Source: Solirubrobacterales bacterium (lineage in GTDB: Bacteria; Actinomycetota; Thermoleophilia; Solirubrobacterales; 70-9). From it: a stretch of DNA of 40,000 bases. The notes under the pieces were generated by a model. The model did no database searches. It saw nothing but the letters and a program-made list of their open reading frames with translations, and was not told where the DNA came from. How positions within the stretch are numbered: position 1 is the stretch's first letter; every line of letters starts with the position of its first letter. The stretch covers positions 51,656 to 91,655 of the forward strand of contig JAWVFJ010000016.1 of assembly GCA_033856275.1 (NCBI GenBank). Reading direction: 5' to 3'. Below, piece by piece: positions 16,756-24,454 of this stretch. Both the position numbers and the translations under genes were made by a program.

Positions 16756-17984
16756 AGTTCTATTTCCCCGACAGCCAGGATCAGATCGACCCGAGCTTCC
16801 CCTTCGAGAGCGAAGTGCGGTCGCCGCTGCGCGTACGTCAGCGCGACGACCGCTACGCGCACGAGTTCCTCAAGCCCCCGCCCTACGAAGGCCTGCTGGT
16901 CTCCAAGGCGATGATCGACGGCAACGGAGGGGCCGGTCGCTACAGCGCCCAGCAGCGGCAGCGCTTCTTCCGCGAAGGCGTCAGGGAGTTCTTTCGCCTC
17001 GACCAGTCGGCCGGACCGCGCATCGAGACTCTGGGTGACTGCGGCGCCTTCGGCTACATCGACGAGCCGCTGCCGCCGTACAGCACCGACCAGGTGATCG
17101 ACTTCTACGAGCAGGCCCGCTTCGACGCCGGCGTCTCAGTCGACCACGTGATCCCGGTCTTCGACGACGACGTGGATTCCTCCTGGAAGGACCGCTACAC
17201 GTTGACGTTGGGTCTGGCTGAGGAGTTCCTCGACCGCCACCGTGAGCGGGACTGCCGGTTCGAACCCGTAGGCGTGGCCCAGGGCTGGAGCGCGGCCACC
17301 TACGCCAACGCGGTGGGGCACCTGCAGAAACTGGGCTACGAGCGAATCGCGATCGGCGGCCTCGTCCCGCTCAAGACCGATGAGATCCTCCGCGTCCTGG
17401 CGGCGATAGACGAGATTCGCCATCCCCATACGAAACTCCACCTGTTTGGGGTGACCCGCTGTGAGCACGTTCCCCGCTTCAAGGGCCACGGCGTGACCAG
17501 CTTCGACAGTACCTCGCCGTTTCGGCGCGCTTTCAAAGACGGCACGGACAACTACTACGTGCTCGATCGCGCCTTCGTCGCCCTGCGCGTGCCGCAGGTC
17601 GAGGGCAACGCGAAGCTGCAGGCGCGAATCGGCGCGGGAGAGATCGACCAGGGGAAAGCTCGCAAGCTCGAGCAGGAGGCCCTGGCCGCGCTGCGCGCTT
17701 TCGACCGCGGCAAGGAAAGCCTCGAGAAAGCCCTGGAAAAGCTCTGCGACTACCAGGACCTCCACGACGAAGGACACGCCCGGCACGAGCAGTACCGTGA
17801 AACGCTCGCCGACGCACCTTGGCGCGAATGCAAATGCAATGTCTGCAGCAGCGCCGGCATCGAGGTTGTCCTCTTCCGGGGCAGTGAGCGCAACAAGCGG
17901 CGGGGCTTCCACAACCTCCACGTATTCGCTCAGCGCCTCGCACAGGAACTACAGCCCCAAGACACCGCGCTCGCAGCGGCATAA
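16752..17984 (+). CDS. dpdA: DpdA-type tRNA-guanine-transglycosylase paralog (7-deazaguanine DNA transglycosylase)
   Basis: 410-aa ORF with N-terminus MKFYFPDSQDQIDPSFPF and TIM-barrel TGT-like blocks (GDCGAFGY, IAIGGLVPLK, LHLFGV). The TGT zinc motif CKCNVC...HNLH is present. It is embedded in a preQ0 biosynthesis operon next to a DGQHR protein. Confidence 0.85.
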   Translation: MKFYFPDSQDQIDPSFPFESEVRSPLRVRQRDDRYAHEFLKPPPYEGLLVSKAMIDGNGGAGRYSAQQRQRFFREGVREFFRLDQSAGPRIETLGDCGAFGYIDEPLPPYSTDQVIDFYEQARFDAGVSVDHVIPVFDDDVDSSWKDRYTLTLGLAEEFLDRHRERDCRFEPVGVAQGWSAATYANAVGHLQKLGYERIAIGGLVPLKTDEILRVLAAIDEIRHPHTKLHLFGVTRCEHVPRFKGHGVTSFDSTSPFRRAFKDGTDNYYVLDRAFVALRVPQVEGNAKLQARIGAGEIDQGKARKLEQEALAALRAFDRGKESLEKALEKLCDYQDLHDEGHARHEQYRETLADAPWRECKCNVCSSAGIEVVLFRGSERNKRRGFHNLHVFAQRLAQELQPQDTALAAA

Positions 17985-17993
17985 GGAGAAGAA

Positions 17994-19130
17994 GTGGCCA
18001 AATACGAGATGCGCGTCCCAGCTCTGGCCGTCCGGCAGGGAGAGAGGTTGCTCTACAGCTTCGCGATCGACGGCAAGACGTTGCCGCTGTTCACGACGGT
18101 CTCCCGCGTTCACCGCGACGAGGATCGCAAGCTGGGCGGTTACCAGCGGCCGGAGGCCCTCGCCCACATCGCGGCGATCAAGCGCTACCTCGAGACCGCC
18201 GATGCGGTGCTGCCCAACGCGCTCGTCATCGCCTTCGACGGGCGTGTCAAGTTCAAGAAGAGCCCGGGCGGTGGCGGTGGTGTCACCACGCAGGGCGAAA
18301 TCGTCATCCCCGTGGACGAGAAGCTCGCCGACGAGGACAAGCCGGGCTGGATTGTCGATGGCCAGCAGCGCTCGGCGGCGATCCGCGAAGCGAACGTCGA
18401 GGGATTCCCCGTCTTCGTCACTGCGTTCGTCACCGACAGCGTCGAGGAGCAACGCTCGCAGTTCATCCTGGTCAACTCGACCAAGCCCCTGCCCAAGGGG
18501 TTGATCTATGAGTTGCTGCCGGCGACTCCCGAAGCCGACCTCCCGGTCGCCCTGCTGCGTCGGCGCTATCCCGCCCTCCTGCTGGAGCGACTCAACTTCG
18601 ACGACGACTCGCCGATGCGTTCCCGGATCCGCACCCCAACGACGGCCGGTGGCACGATCAAGGACAACTCGATCCTCAAGATGCTCTCGGCCAGCATCGA
18701 GGACGGCGCGCTCTACCAGTACTTCGACAGCGGGACCGGTAGCGGCGATACAGAGGCGATGCTCGAACTGCTGAAGAACTTCTGGACCGCCGTCGAAGAG
18801 TGCTTCCCAGACGAGTGGGAGGAGTCGCCCCGGCGCTCCCGCCTCGTCCACGGCGTCGGCATCGCCAGCCTGGGCTGCCTGATGGACGAGATCACCTATG
18901 TGAGCGGCCCGGGACGCGTCCCCACCAGCGACGAGTTCGCCGAGGAGCTGCGGCTGATCAAAGGTCAGTGCCACTGGACGAAAGGCAACTGGAAGTTTGC
19001 CGGCGGCGACAGTTGCGCCTGGAACGAACTGCAGAACACGCCCAAAGACATCCTCCGCCTCAGCGACCACCTGCTGCGCCTGTATCGAGAGGCTCGGGGA
19101 TCGACCGAAGAGCAACGTCAGGCTGCCTGA
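17994..19130 (+). CDS. dpdB: DGQHR-domain (DndB-like, ParB superfamily) protein, DpdB-type
   Basis: GTG start preceded by AAGGAG (17983..17988). 378-aa ORF: ALAVRQGERLLYSFAIDGKTL...LGGYQRPEALAHIAAIKRYLE...LPNALVIAF...GWIVDGQQRSAAI...SQFILVNSTKPL, the DGQHR/DndB architecture. Confidence 0.8.
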   Translation: MAKYEMRVPALAVRQGERLLYSFAIDGKTLPLFTTVSRVHRDEDRKLGGYQRPEALAHIAAIKRYLETADAVLPNALVIAFDGRVKFKKSPGGGGGVTTQGEIVIPVDEKLADEDKPGWIVDGQQRSAAIREANVEGFPVFVTAFVTDSVEEQRSQFILVNSTKPLPKGLIYELLPATPEADLPVALLRRRYPALLLERLNFDDDSPMRSRIRTPTTAGGTIKDNSILKMLSASIEDGALYQYFDSGTGSGDTEAMLELLKNFWTAVEECFPDEWEESPRRSRLVHGVGIASLGCLMDEITYVSGPGRVPTSDEFAEELRLIKGQCHWTKGNWKFAGGDSCAWNELQNTPKDILRLSDHLLRLYREARGSTEEQRQAA

Positions 19131-19149
19131 GCCGCCCTCCGATGTCACG

Positions 19150-19491
19150 GTGAACCGATCCGAAGCGAACGAGTCTCTCCGTGCCCTGCACAAACGAGCG
19201 CATGCCGAGCTCCAACAGCTCAAGGACCGCCAGCACCGCCTTGAGCGCCTGATCGAGTTCATCGACGAGTACGGGGCGGGGAAACCCAAGCGCGCGCGGA
19301 AGAGACGACAGGTAAGAGCGAGGTCGCCTTCGCTGCTCGAGGTGATCGGCGACCGGCCTGGCGTGCGCAAGAGCATGCTCGCGATGGTCATGGACCGCTC
19401 GCCGGAGGAGGTTGGCGCGGAACTCGAATACCTAGAGCGAGAAGGCAGCATCCGCCGCGACGGATTGGGGTGGTCAAGGGCCGACCAATAG
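19150..19491 (+). CDS. Small coiled-coil plus winged-helix-like protein (start uncertain)
   Basis: Read in the track ORF frame (18997..19491) from the first start after the dpdB stop, GTG 19150. Sequence: VNRSEANESLRALHKRAHAELQQLKDRQHRLERLIEF...SLLEVIGDRPGVRKSMLAMVMDRSPEEVGAELEYLEREGSIRRDG, which looks like a MarR/ArsR-style wHTH. No obvious SD. Confidence 0.45.
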   Translation: MNRSEANESLRALHKRAHAELQQLKDRQHRLERLIEFIDEYGAGKPKRARKRRQVRARSPSLLEVIGDRPGVRKSMLAMVMDRSPEEVGAELEYLEREGSIRRDGLGWSRADQ

Positions 19492-19563
19492 CGGCGTAGC
19501 CATTGTTTTGGATCGTGCCTATCTATGTGCTATTTTTTTGGCACACGGATAGAAGGAGGCGCG

Positions 19564-20823
19564 ATGTCAACCCATCTCGAAGAGCACAAAGCCGTTCCCC
19601 TCGAGGCCCTTTTCCTCGACGCGAACAACCCTCGCCTGGCGCCGGAGAATCCGCCGGGATACGAAGATGCCGACGCCCTCTTCGATCCCGAGGTTCAAAA
19701 GGAACTGCAGGAGCGGGCCAAGGAGTCGTTCGATCTCGACAGCCTCGAGGCGGCAATGGTCGGTCAGGGATGGCTGCCGATCGATTCGATCCTGGTATGG
19801 GAGCACCCTGACGAACCGGGAAAGTTCGTCGTGGTCGAGGGCAACCGCAGACTGGCGACGTTGCGGCTGCGCATTCTGCCGCGTCTCGCCAAAGCCAAAA
19901 CCAAGCTGGAAAAAATGGGGGGAGGCGGCCGGAGCAAGCGCTACACGGCAGGCGACGTGGAGCAGCAAGAAGCGGAAATCGCCCGGCTCGAGCGCCTGCA
20001 GGACGAAACCGATCCGCTGGCGGTCCTGAAGGTCACGGCCGCCACGCCGACGGAGCTCGACCAGACCCTGAACCGCATCCTCGCCGTGCGCCACATCACC
20101 GGCCCCAAGGAATGGGGTAACTACGCGGAGGACATCTGGCTACTGCGGCGCTACCGCGACCTCTTCGACCGGCGATTCCCCGGGGAGCAGCTGCGCTGGG
20201 AGCCGTCGACGATCGGTCAGGTGGCGGACGAGGCTTCCCTGTCTCCGGTCATGACCAAGCGCCATCTGCGGGCGGCGAGCGCGTTTGGACGCTTCCGCGA
20301 CGACTTCGAAGATGACCTGCCCAACGAAGAAAGCTTCGAAGAGGGCGACTACTACCTCTTCGAGCTGATCGCGCAGCAGCCGTTCGCACGCGAGAAGTTC
20401 GGCCTCGGCGAGGATCTCCTGGGCCTGCCCGAGGACAAGGCGCAGATCCTCTTCGACTGGGTCTTCAAGGAGCCCCGGCCCCAGAAGGCCGCCGACAACC
20501 CAAACGTCTTCTACCGCCACGAGAACATCAGGCTCTGGGGCCAGATGAAGAAATACGACGAGAGCAACGGCACCACGTTCGCCGATCGCTTCGACGTCAC
20601 CGATCACAAGAACGCGCCGTCGATGCACTCGGTCGAGGCCGACTTCCACTCCCACAAGGCCCGCAAGACCCCGATCGACGTCCTCGACTCCCTCCTCACT
20701 CAGCTCAAAGAACTGGATGCGGAGACGATGATGGCCGAGGGCGAGTTCCTCCACAAGCAGCTGGAAATGCTCGAGACGCGAATCGAGAAGCTGCTGCGGA
20801 TGGTCGAGGCGGCGGAAGGCTGA
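19564..20823 (+). CDS. ParB/Srx N-terminal-domain protein (second ParB-like protein of the island)
   Basis: ATG 19564 lies 5 nt after a strong SD GAAGGAGG (19552..19559), following an AT-rich gap. Sequence: MSTHLEEHKAVPLEALFLDANNPRL...FVVVEGNRRLATLRL (ParB-type GxRR box), then about 300 aa with no recognisable domain. The track start at 19525 is likely an over-extension. Confidence 0.65.
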   Translation: MSTHLEEHKAVPLEALFLDANNPRLAPENPPGYEDADALFDPEVQKELQERAKESFDLDSLEAAMVGQGWLPIDSILVWEHPDEPGKFVVVEGNRRLATLRLRILPRLAKAKTKLEKMGGGGRSKRYTAGDVEQQEAEIARLERLQDETDPLAVLKVTAATPTELDQTLNRILAVRHITGPKEWGNYAEDIWLLRRYRDLFDRRFPGEQLRWEPSTIGQVADEASLSPVMTKRHLRAASAFGRFRDDFEDDLPNEESFEEGDYYLFELIAQQPFAREKFGLGEDLLGLPEDKAQILFDWVFKEPRPQKAADNPNVFYRHENIRLWGQMKKYDESNGTTFADRFDVTDHKNAPSMHSVEADFHSHKARKTPIDVLDSLLTQLKELDAETMMAEGEFLHKQLEMLETRIEKLLRMVEAAEG

Positions 20824-20826
20824 CGG

Positions 20827-23229
20827 ATGGTCCGGCGCCGTATCGACGACCCTGAGATCCGCCCGCTGATCGACCGCTTGGCGACCCTCTTCCTCCGCGA
20901 GGGAAGCGTCAACCGGGTGCAGCAACTGTTGGTGGCGCAGCTCGCCGACGACAGGAGCGAGGGATACGTCCACTCCAACCGGCTGCACGCTCTGCTCAGC
21001 GAGGACCCGGCGAAGTCCGTCAACCCGAGCACTCTCCGCACCATCGAGACCGCGGTCGAGCGGCTCGACCCCGAGGGGGAGGGGAGCATCCCGGCATCCG
21101 CCGCAGCGTTGAAGGACGAGGTGGCGGGCCGCTGGCCTGGGACGGTGGCCAGCGTGCCGGGCGGAACCTCCGCGGAGCGAATCCGCCATCTTGCCGCGGA
21201 GATCAACGTCCCGCCGGGGGTCGTCAGCCTGCTGCTCGACGCCGGCACCGCCGATGCCGGCGACCGTTCTGCCGCTCGCCGAGACACCACGATCGCAACC
21301 GTTCGCAGCCCGGATTGGTCATTCCAGGACACCGCCTACGAGCGCTGTGTGAGGGCCCTTGCCGGCGGTCCGAATGAAAAGGTCGGCCTGGTCCTACCCA
21401 CTGGCGGCGGCAAGACCCGGCTGGCCATTCGCATCATGCTCCAGGTGCTCGACCGAGCCGAGTCCGAGAACCCCGTCGTTGTCTGGGTGACGCATCGTAA
21501 GCAGCTTCGAACCCAGGCCACGCGCGAGCTCCAACGCGCGATCAACCTGGGAACTCCGGACCTACCGGCTCACGCTACGGCTCTGCTGGCGGGCCAGGTC
21601 GAGATCTGCATGGTCTCGAAGCTCGCCGAGACGCTGGATCGTCACGCCGGACGGGTGGCGCTGGTCGTCGTCGACGAGGCCCACCACGCCGCGGCCGAGT
21701 CGTATAGGCCGATCTTCGACCGGACTCCGCAGCGGGGGCTCTTCCTCACGGCGACCCCCAACCGGACCGACTCGATGCCGATCGGCGTCGACCAGATCGC
21801 CTATGCGACTACCTACCGCGATCTGTTCGACAGAGGGGTGATCGTCGAGCCCGTCCTCGACGAGCTGACCATCGACGGATTCGACTGGAATCTGGCCGAG
21901 CGGGTCGAGGAGCTCGCCGCCTATCTTCTCGACGAGGCGGGCGACCGTTTCCTGAAGACCCTGGTCGTCGTCTCGCGGGTTGAGAACGCCGAGCGCCTCC
22001 ACGAGGCCCTCCTCCGACTGCTCTCCTCCGACCATGTCTTGAACGAGGAGGACATCGGGTTCGCGCACGGCAGCGGCAGTTCGACCGGCCAGGGCATCCA
22101 GGACTTCCTCGACGAGTTCCAGGCACGCCCGCGCGGGATCTTGATCGCAACCAGCCAACTACTGGGAGAGGGCTTCGACGATCCGAGTGTCGACAGCACA
22201 GTCATCACCTACCCCACGCAGAGCGTTCTCGACCTGATGCAGGTCGCCGGGCGCTGCATGAGGTACGCCCCGGGCAAGCACAAGGCTTTCGTCGTCCAAG
22301 TGCGAGATTCCGCGCTCACGTACCACTGGGAGCAGGGATGGCTCTACCAGGACATTTCCGACGCGCTCCGCCCGCGCCTCGAAACCGTGCCCTTTACCGG
22401 CGGCAGGGATCTGGAAACCACCATCGCGGACATCCTTACCTCCCACAACGTCTCGCGGCCGGTGCGCAAAGCGGCGCTCGAGGCCGCGTCGAACCTCGAC
22501 GTCAACGACCGATTCTCATTGCTCCTCACGGGCCTTCCCTACGGGGGTCCCGCTGACCGATTCGACGTCGACGCCCAGTGGGGGGCCGTTTTCGTGACCC
22601 CCGAGGAGCGCGATCTGTTCGTGCGGGTGTTCAACGGCTATTCGGAGCGTTACACCGAGATCAACGACAAGAAGGCGTTTCTCGAGCAGTACATCTCGGT
22701 CGACCACCAGCCCGGTAGCCGCTGGCGCCGGTACATGGACATGCTCGCGGCCATGGAGGCAGCCGGAACCGAACGCCGCGGTGAAACTTTTGCCCTCGCC
22801 TCATCGCGGCCGAACAACACGGAGACTGGAACGACATGGCTTACATACATCACCTTCGTCTACGAACCGGCCCTGCCGATCGATCTCGAGGCCTTTCTGG
22901 CAGACGCCGTCAACCGCAAGGAAGTTGCCGACATGTTTCTCGACGATCCCACTGCATGGAGCCTCGCGGTGAAGGCGCCCCTGCCGCTGGACGGCAGCCT
23001 TGCCGCGCTTGTCTCCGACGCCGGGGCCGATTGGGTCGAGCGGGAACGCAAAGCACTCAGAAGCCATCTGGGGTCTGCGGACCAGCGCCAGACCTTCGGT
23101 GCGCTGGCAGCCTGGCGGACGGAACTCGACGGCGAATCCCCTCTGCCTCAATTCATGCTCGACCGCTTCGAGTTGCTGCTTGCCGACGAGGGATGGACGC
23201 ACTTCGCGCTTTCGTTGGACAATTCTTAG
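20827..23229 (+). CDS. DEAH-box SF2 helicase (ResIII + Helicase_C core) with unassigned N- and C-terminal domains
   Basis: 800-aa ORF with motif I LVLPTGGGKTRLA, motif II VVDEAHHAAA, motif III LTATPNR, and motifs V/VI ILIATSQLLGEGFDDP and QVAGRCMR. The roughly 170-aa N-terminal and roughly 300-aa C-terminal regions are unrecognised. It starts 4 nt after the ParB-like stop. Confidence 0.8.
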   Translation: MVRRRIDDPEIRPLIDRLATLFLREGSVNRVQQLLVAQLADDRSEGYVHSNRLHALLSEDPAKSVNPSTLRTIETAVERLDPEGEGSIPASAAALKDEVAGRWPGTVASVPGGTSAERIRHLAAEINVPPGVVSLLLDAGTADAGDRSAARRDTTIATVRSPDWSFQDTAYERCVRALAGGPNEKVGLVLPTGGGKTRLAIRIMLQVLDRAESENPVVVWVTHRKQLRTQATRELQRAINLGTPDLPAHATALLAGQVEICMVSKLAETLDRHAGRVALVVVDEAHHAAAESYRPIFDRTPQRGLFLTATPNRTDSMPIGVDQIAYATTYRDLFDRGVIVEPVLDELTIDGFDWNLAERVEELAAYLLDEAGDRFLKTLVVVSRVENAERLHEALLRLLSSDHVLNEEDIGFAHGSGSSTGQGIQDFLDEFQARPRGILIATSQLLGEGFDDPSVDSTVITYPTQSVLDLMQVAGRCMRYAPGKHKAFVVQVRDSALTYHWEQGWLYQDISDALRPRLETVPFTGGRDLETTIADILTSHNVSRPVRKAALEAASNLDVNDRFSLLLTGLPYGGPADRFDVDAQWGAVFVTPEERDLFVRVFNGYSERYTEINDKKAFLEQYISVDHQPGSRWRRYMDMLAAMEAAGTERRGETFALASSRPNNTETGTTWLTYITFVYEPALPIDLEAFLADAVNRKEVADMFLDDPTAWSLAVKAPLPLDGSLAALVSDAGADWVERERKALRSHLGSADQRQTFGALAAWRTELDGESPLPQFMLDRFELLLADEGWTHFALSLDNS

Positions 23230-23443
23230 GTCTGGCGGGTATTCGCGAGGCTCCATCCAGCCGGGTCCCGTCCTGATTGAACTTCCGGATCAGGATTCGC
23301 CCTCGCCAAGCCGGGTTCGCCGGCCCGTGCGAAATGCCTATTTGCATCGAGTGCGTAGGGTTCCACGATTTAAAATGCAACGCTTAAGCGGGTAATTAAG
23401 TGTTTCTATCCTTAGTACGGCTCTTTAATGGTAGCTTCGGCAA

Positions 23444-24454
23444 GTGGGTCTCTTCCGCAAGGACCGAGAGGCGCGTTCAAAGACCAAGGTGCCGGCACCG
23501 AACTCGGTGGACGCCGACAGGCAGAAGCATGAAGACGCGGCCGCTGCGCCTCTTCCGGCTCAGCTCCTTTGGCTCATCGATGCGCCGATGTTCATCGACG
23601 AGCACCGGGTCGAGGCTTTCTACGACGCCATTCTTCGACCCGACTTCGAAGGCGCCAGCCTGACGCTCTCCGAGTCGCTGACCAAAGGCCGAACCTTCAG
23701 TGGCGGTATGACGGTGGGCGCGGCGTTGCCATGGCTGGTCAAAGCGGAGGGAAAGGCAGAAGCGGCAAGCAGCAGGCAGAAGGCGCGCGGTCAGGAGGCG
23801 ACGCTGCACCGCGTGATCAATCCCTACCGCCATCTACTCGCCCTCGCGATTCACTACGCGACCCAGCAAGAGTTTCAGCACCGACTCGTCTTCGCCCAAC
23901 CCACCACAGCGAAAGACGCCGCCGCAACTGACGTCTCATCGACCTGGACAACGGATTCCTTCAGCCGCGAGTCGCCCCGGGCGATCGTGGTCCTGGACCT
24001 GCCAGAGGGGACACCATTGATTCCACTGGCGGCCGAGACCACGGAGGGCAAGGTCGTGCCGGTGTACAAGCAACTTGCCGCGCGCCTGCAGAGGCCGGGA
24101 CAGCGAGCATTGCCCGAGTTCGTCAGGCGTGACAAGCCCAACTACCTGCAGGGCCAGCGCGACTACTGGCGTTGGTTCGCCGAGTTCTTCGATCCCCAAG
24201 TGGCGATTGAGGTCGTCGAGGAGGCTTCGGAGTCCGGTCGGTTTGCTTGGATCGCCTTTAGGCTTCCGGTCGGGTCCGTCGACCCCCTCCAGGCTGAGAC
24301 GTTTCTCCATCTCCACATCTCACCGCGAGGGGAATACGACACCGGGGTCGTCGCCTACAACTTCATCGCGCGCGGTTACGAGCACGGCGTGAGGATCGTT
24401 GGAACATTGAAGTCCGATCCCGACCTCAACGTCCTCGCCGTGTTCGAGCGCTAG
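23444..24454 (+). CDS. Hypothetical protein (no recognisable domain)
   Basis: 336-aa ORF (GTG start; alternative ATG at 23588) after a visibly AT-rich 200-bp gap. G/C-rich third codon positions support coding. No motif recognised by eye. Confidence 0.5.
   Translation: MGLFRKDREARSKTKVPAPNSVDADRQKHEDAAAAPLPAQLLWLIDAPMFIDEHRVEAFYDAILRPDFEGASLTLSESLTKGRTFSGGMTVGAALPWLVKAEGKAEAASSRQKARGQEATLHRVINPYRHLLALAIHYATQQEFQHRLVFAQPTTAKDAAATDVSSTWTTDSFSRESPRAIVVLDLPEGTPLIPLAAETTEGKVVPVYKQLAARLQRPGQRALPEFVRRDKPNYLQGQRDYWRWFAEFFDPQVAIEVVEEASESGRFAWIAFRLPVGSVDPLQAETFLHLHISPRGEYDTGVVAYNFIARGYEHGVRIVGTLKSDPDLNVLAVFER

Noticed and set aside
17949-19451. 500-aa minus-strand ORF antisense to dpdB and the small wHTH gene
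   Set aside because: Arg/Ala/Gly/Pro-rich, low-complexity translation typical of shadow ORFs in GC-rich DNA. The opposite strand encodes proteins with clear family motifs (DGQHR).
20140-21332. Minus-strand ORFs (349 aa and 210 aa) antisense to the ParB-like/helicase junction
   Set aside because: No motifs, and they overlap plus-strand genes with a strong SD and coupling. Treated as shadow ORFs.
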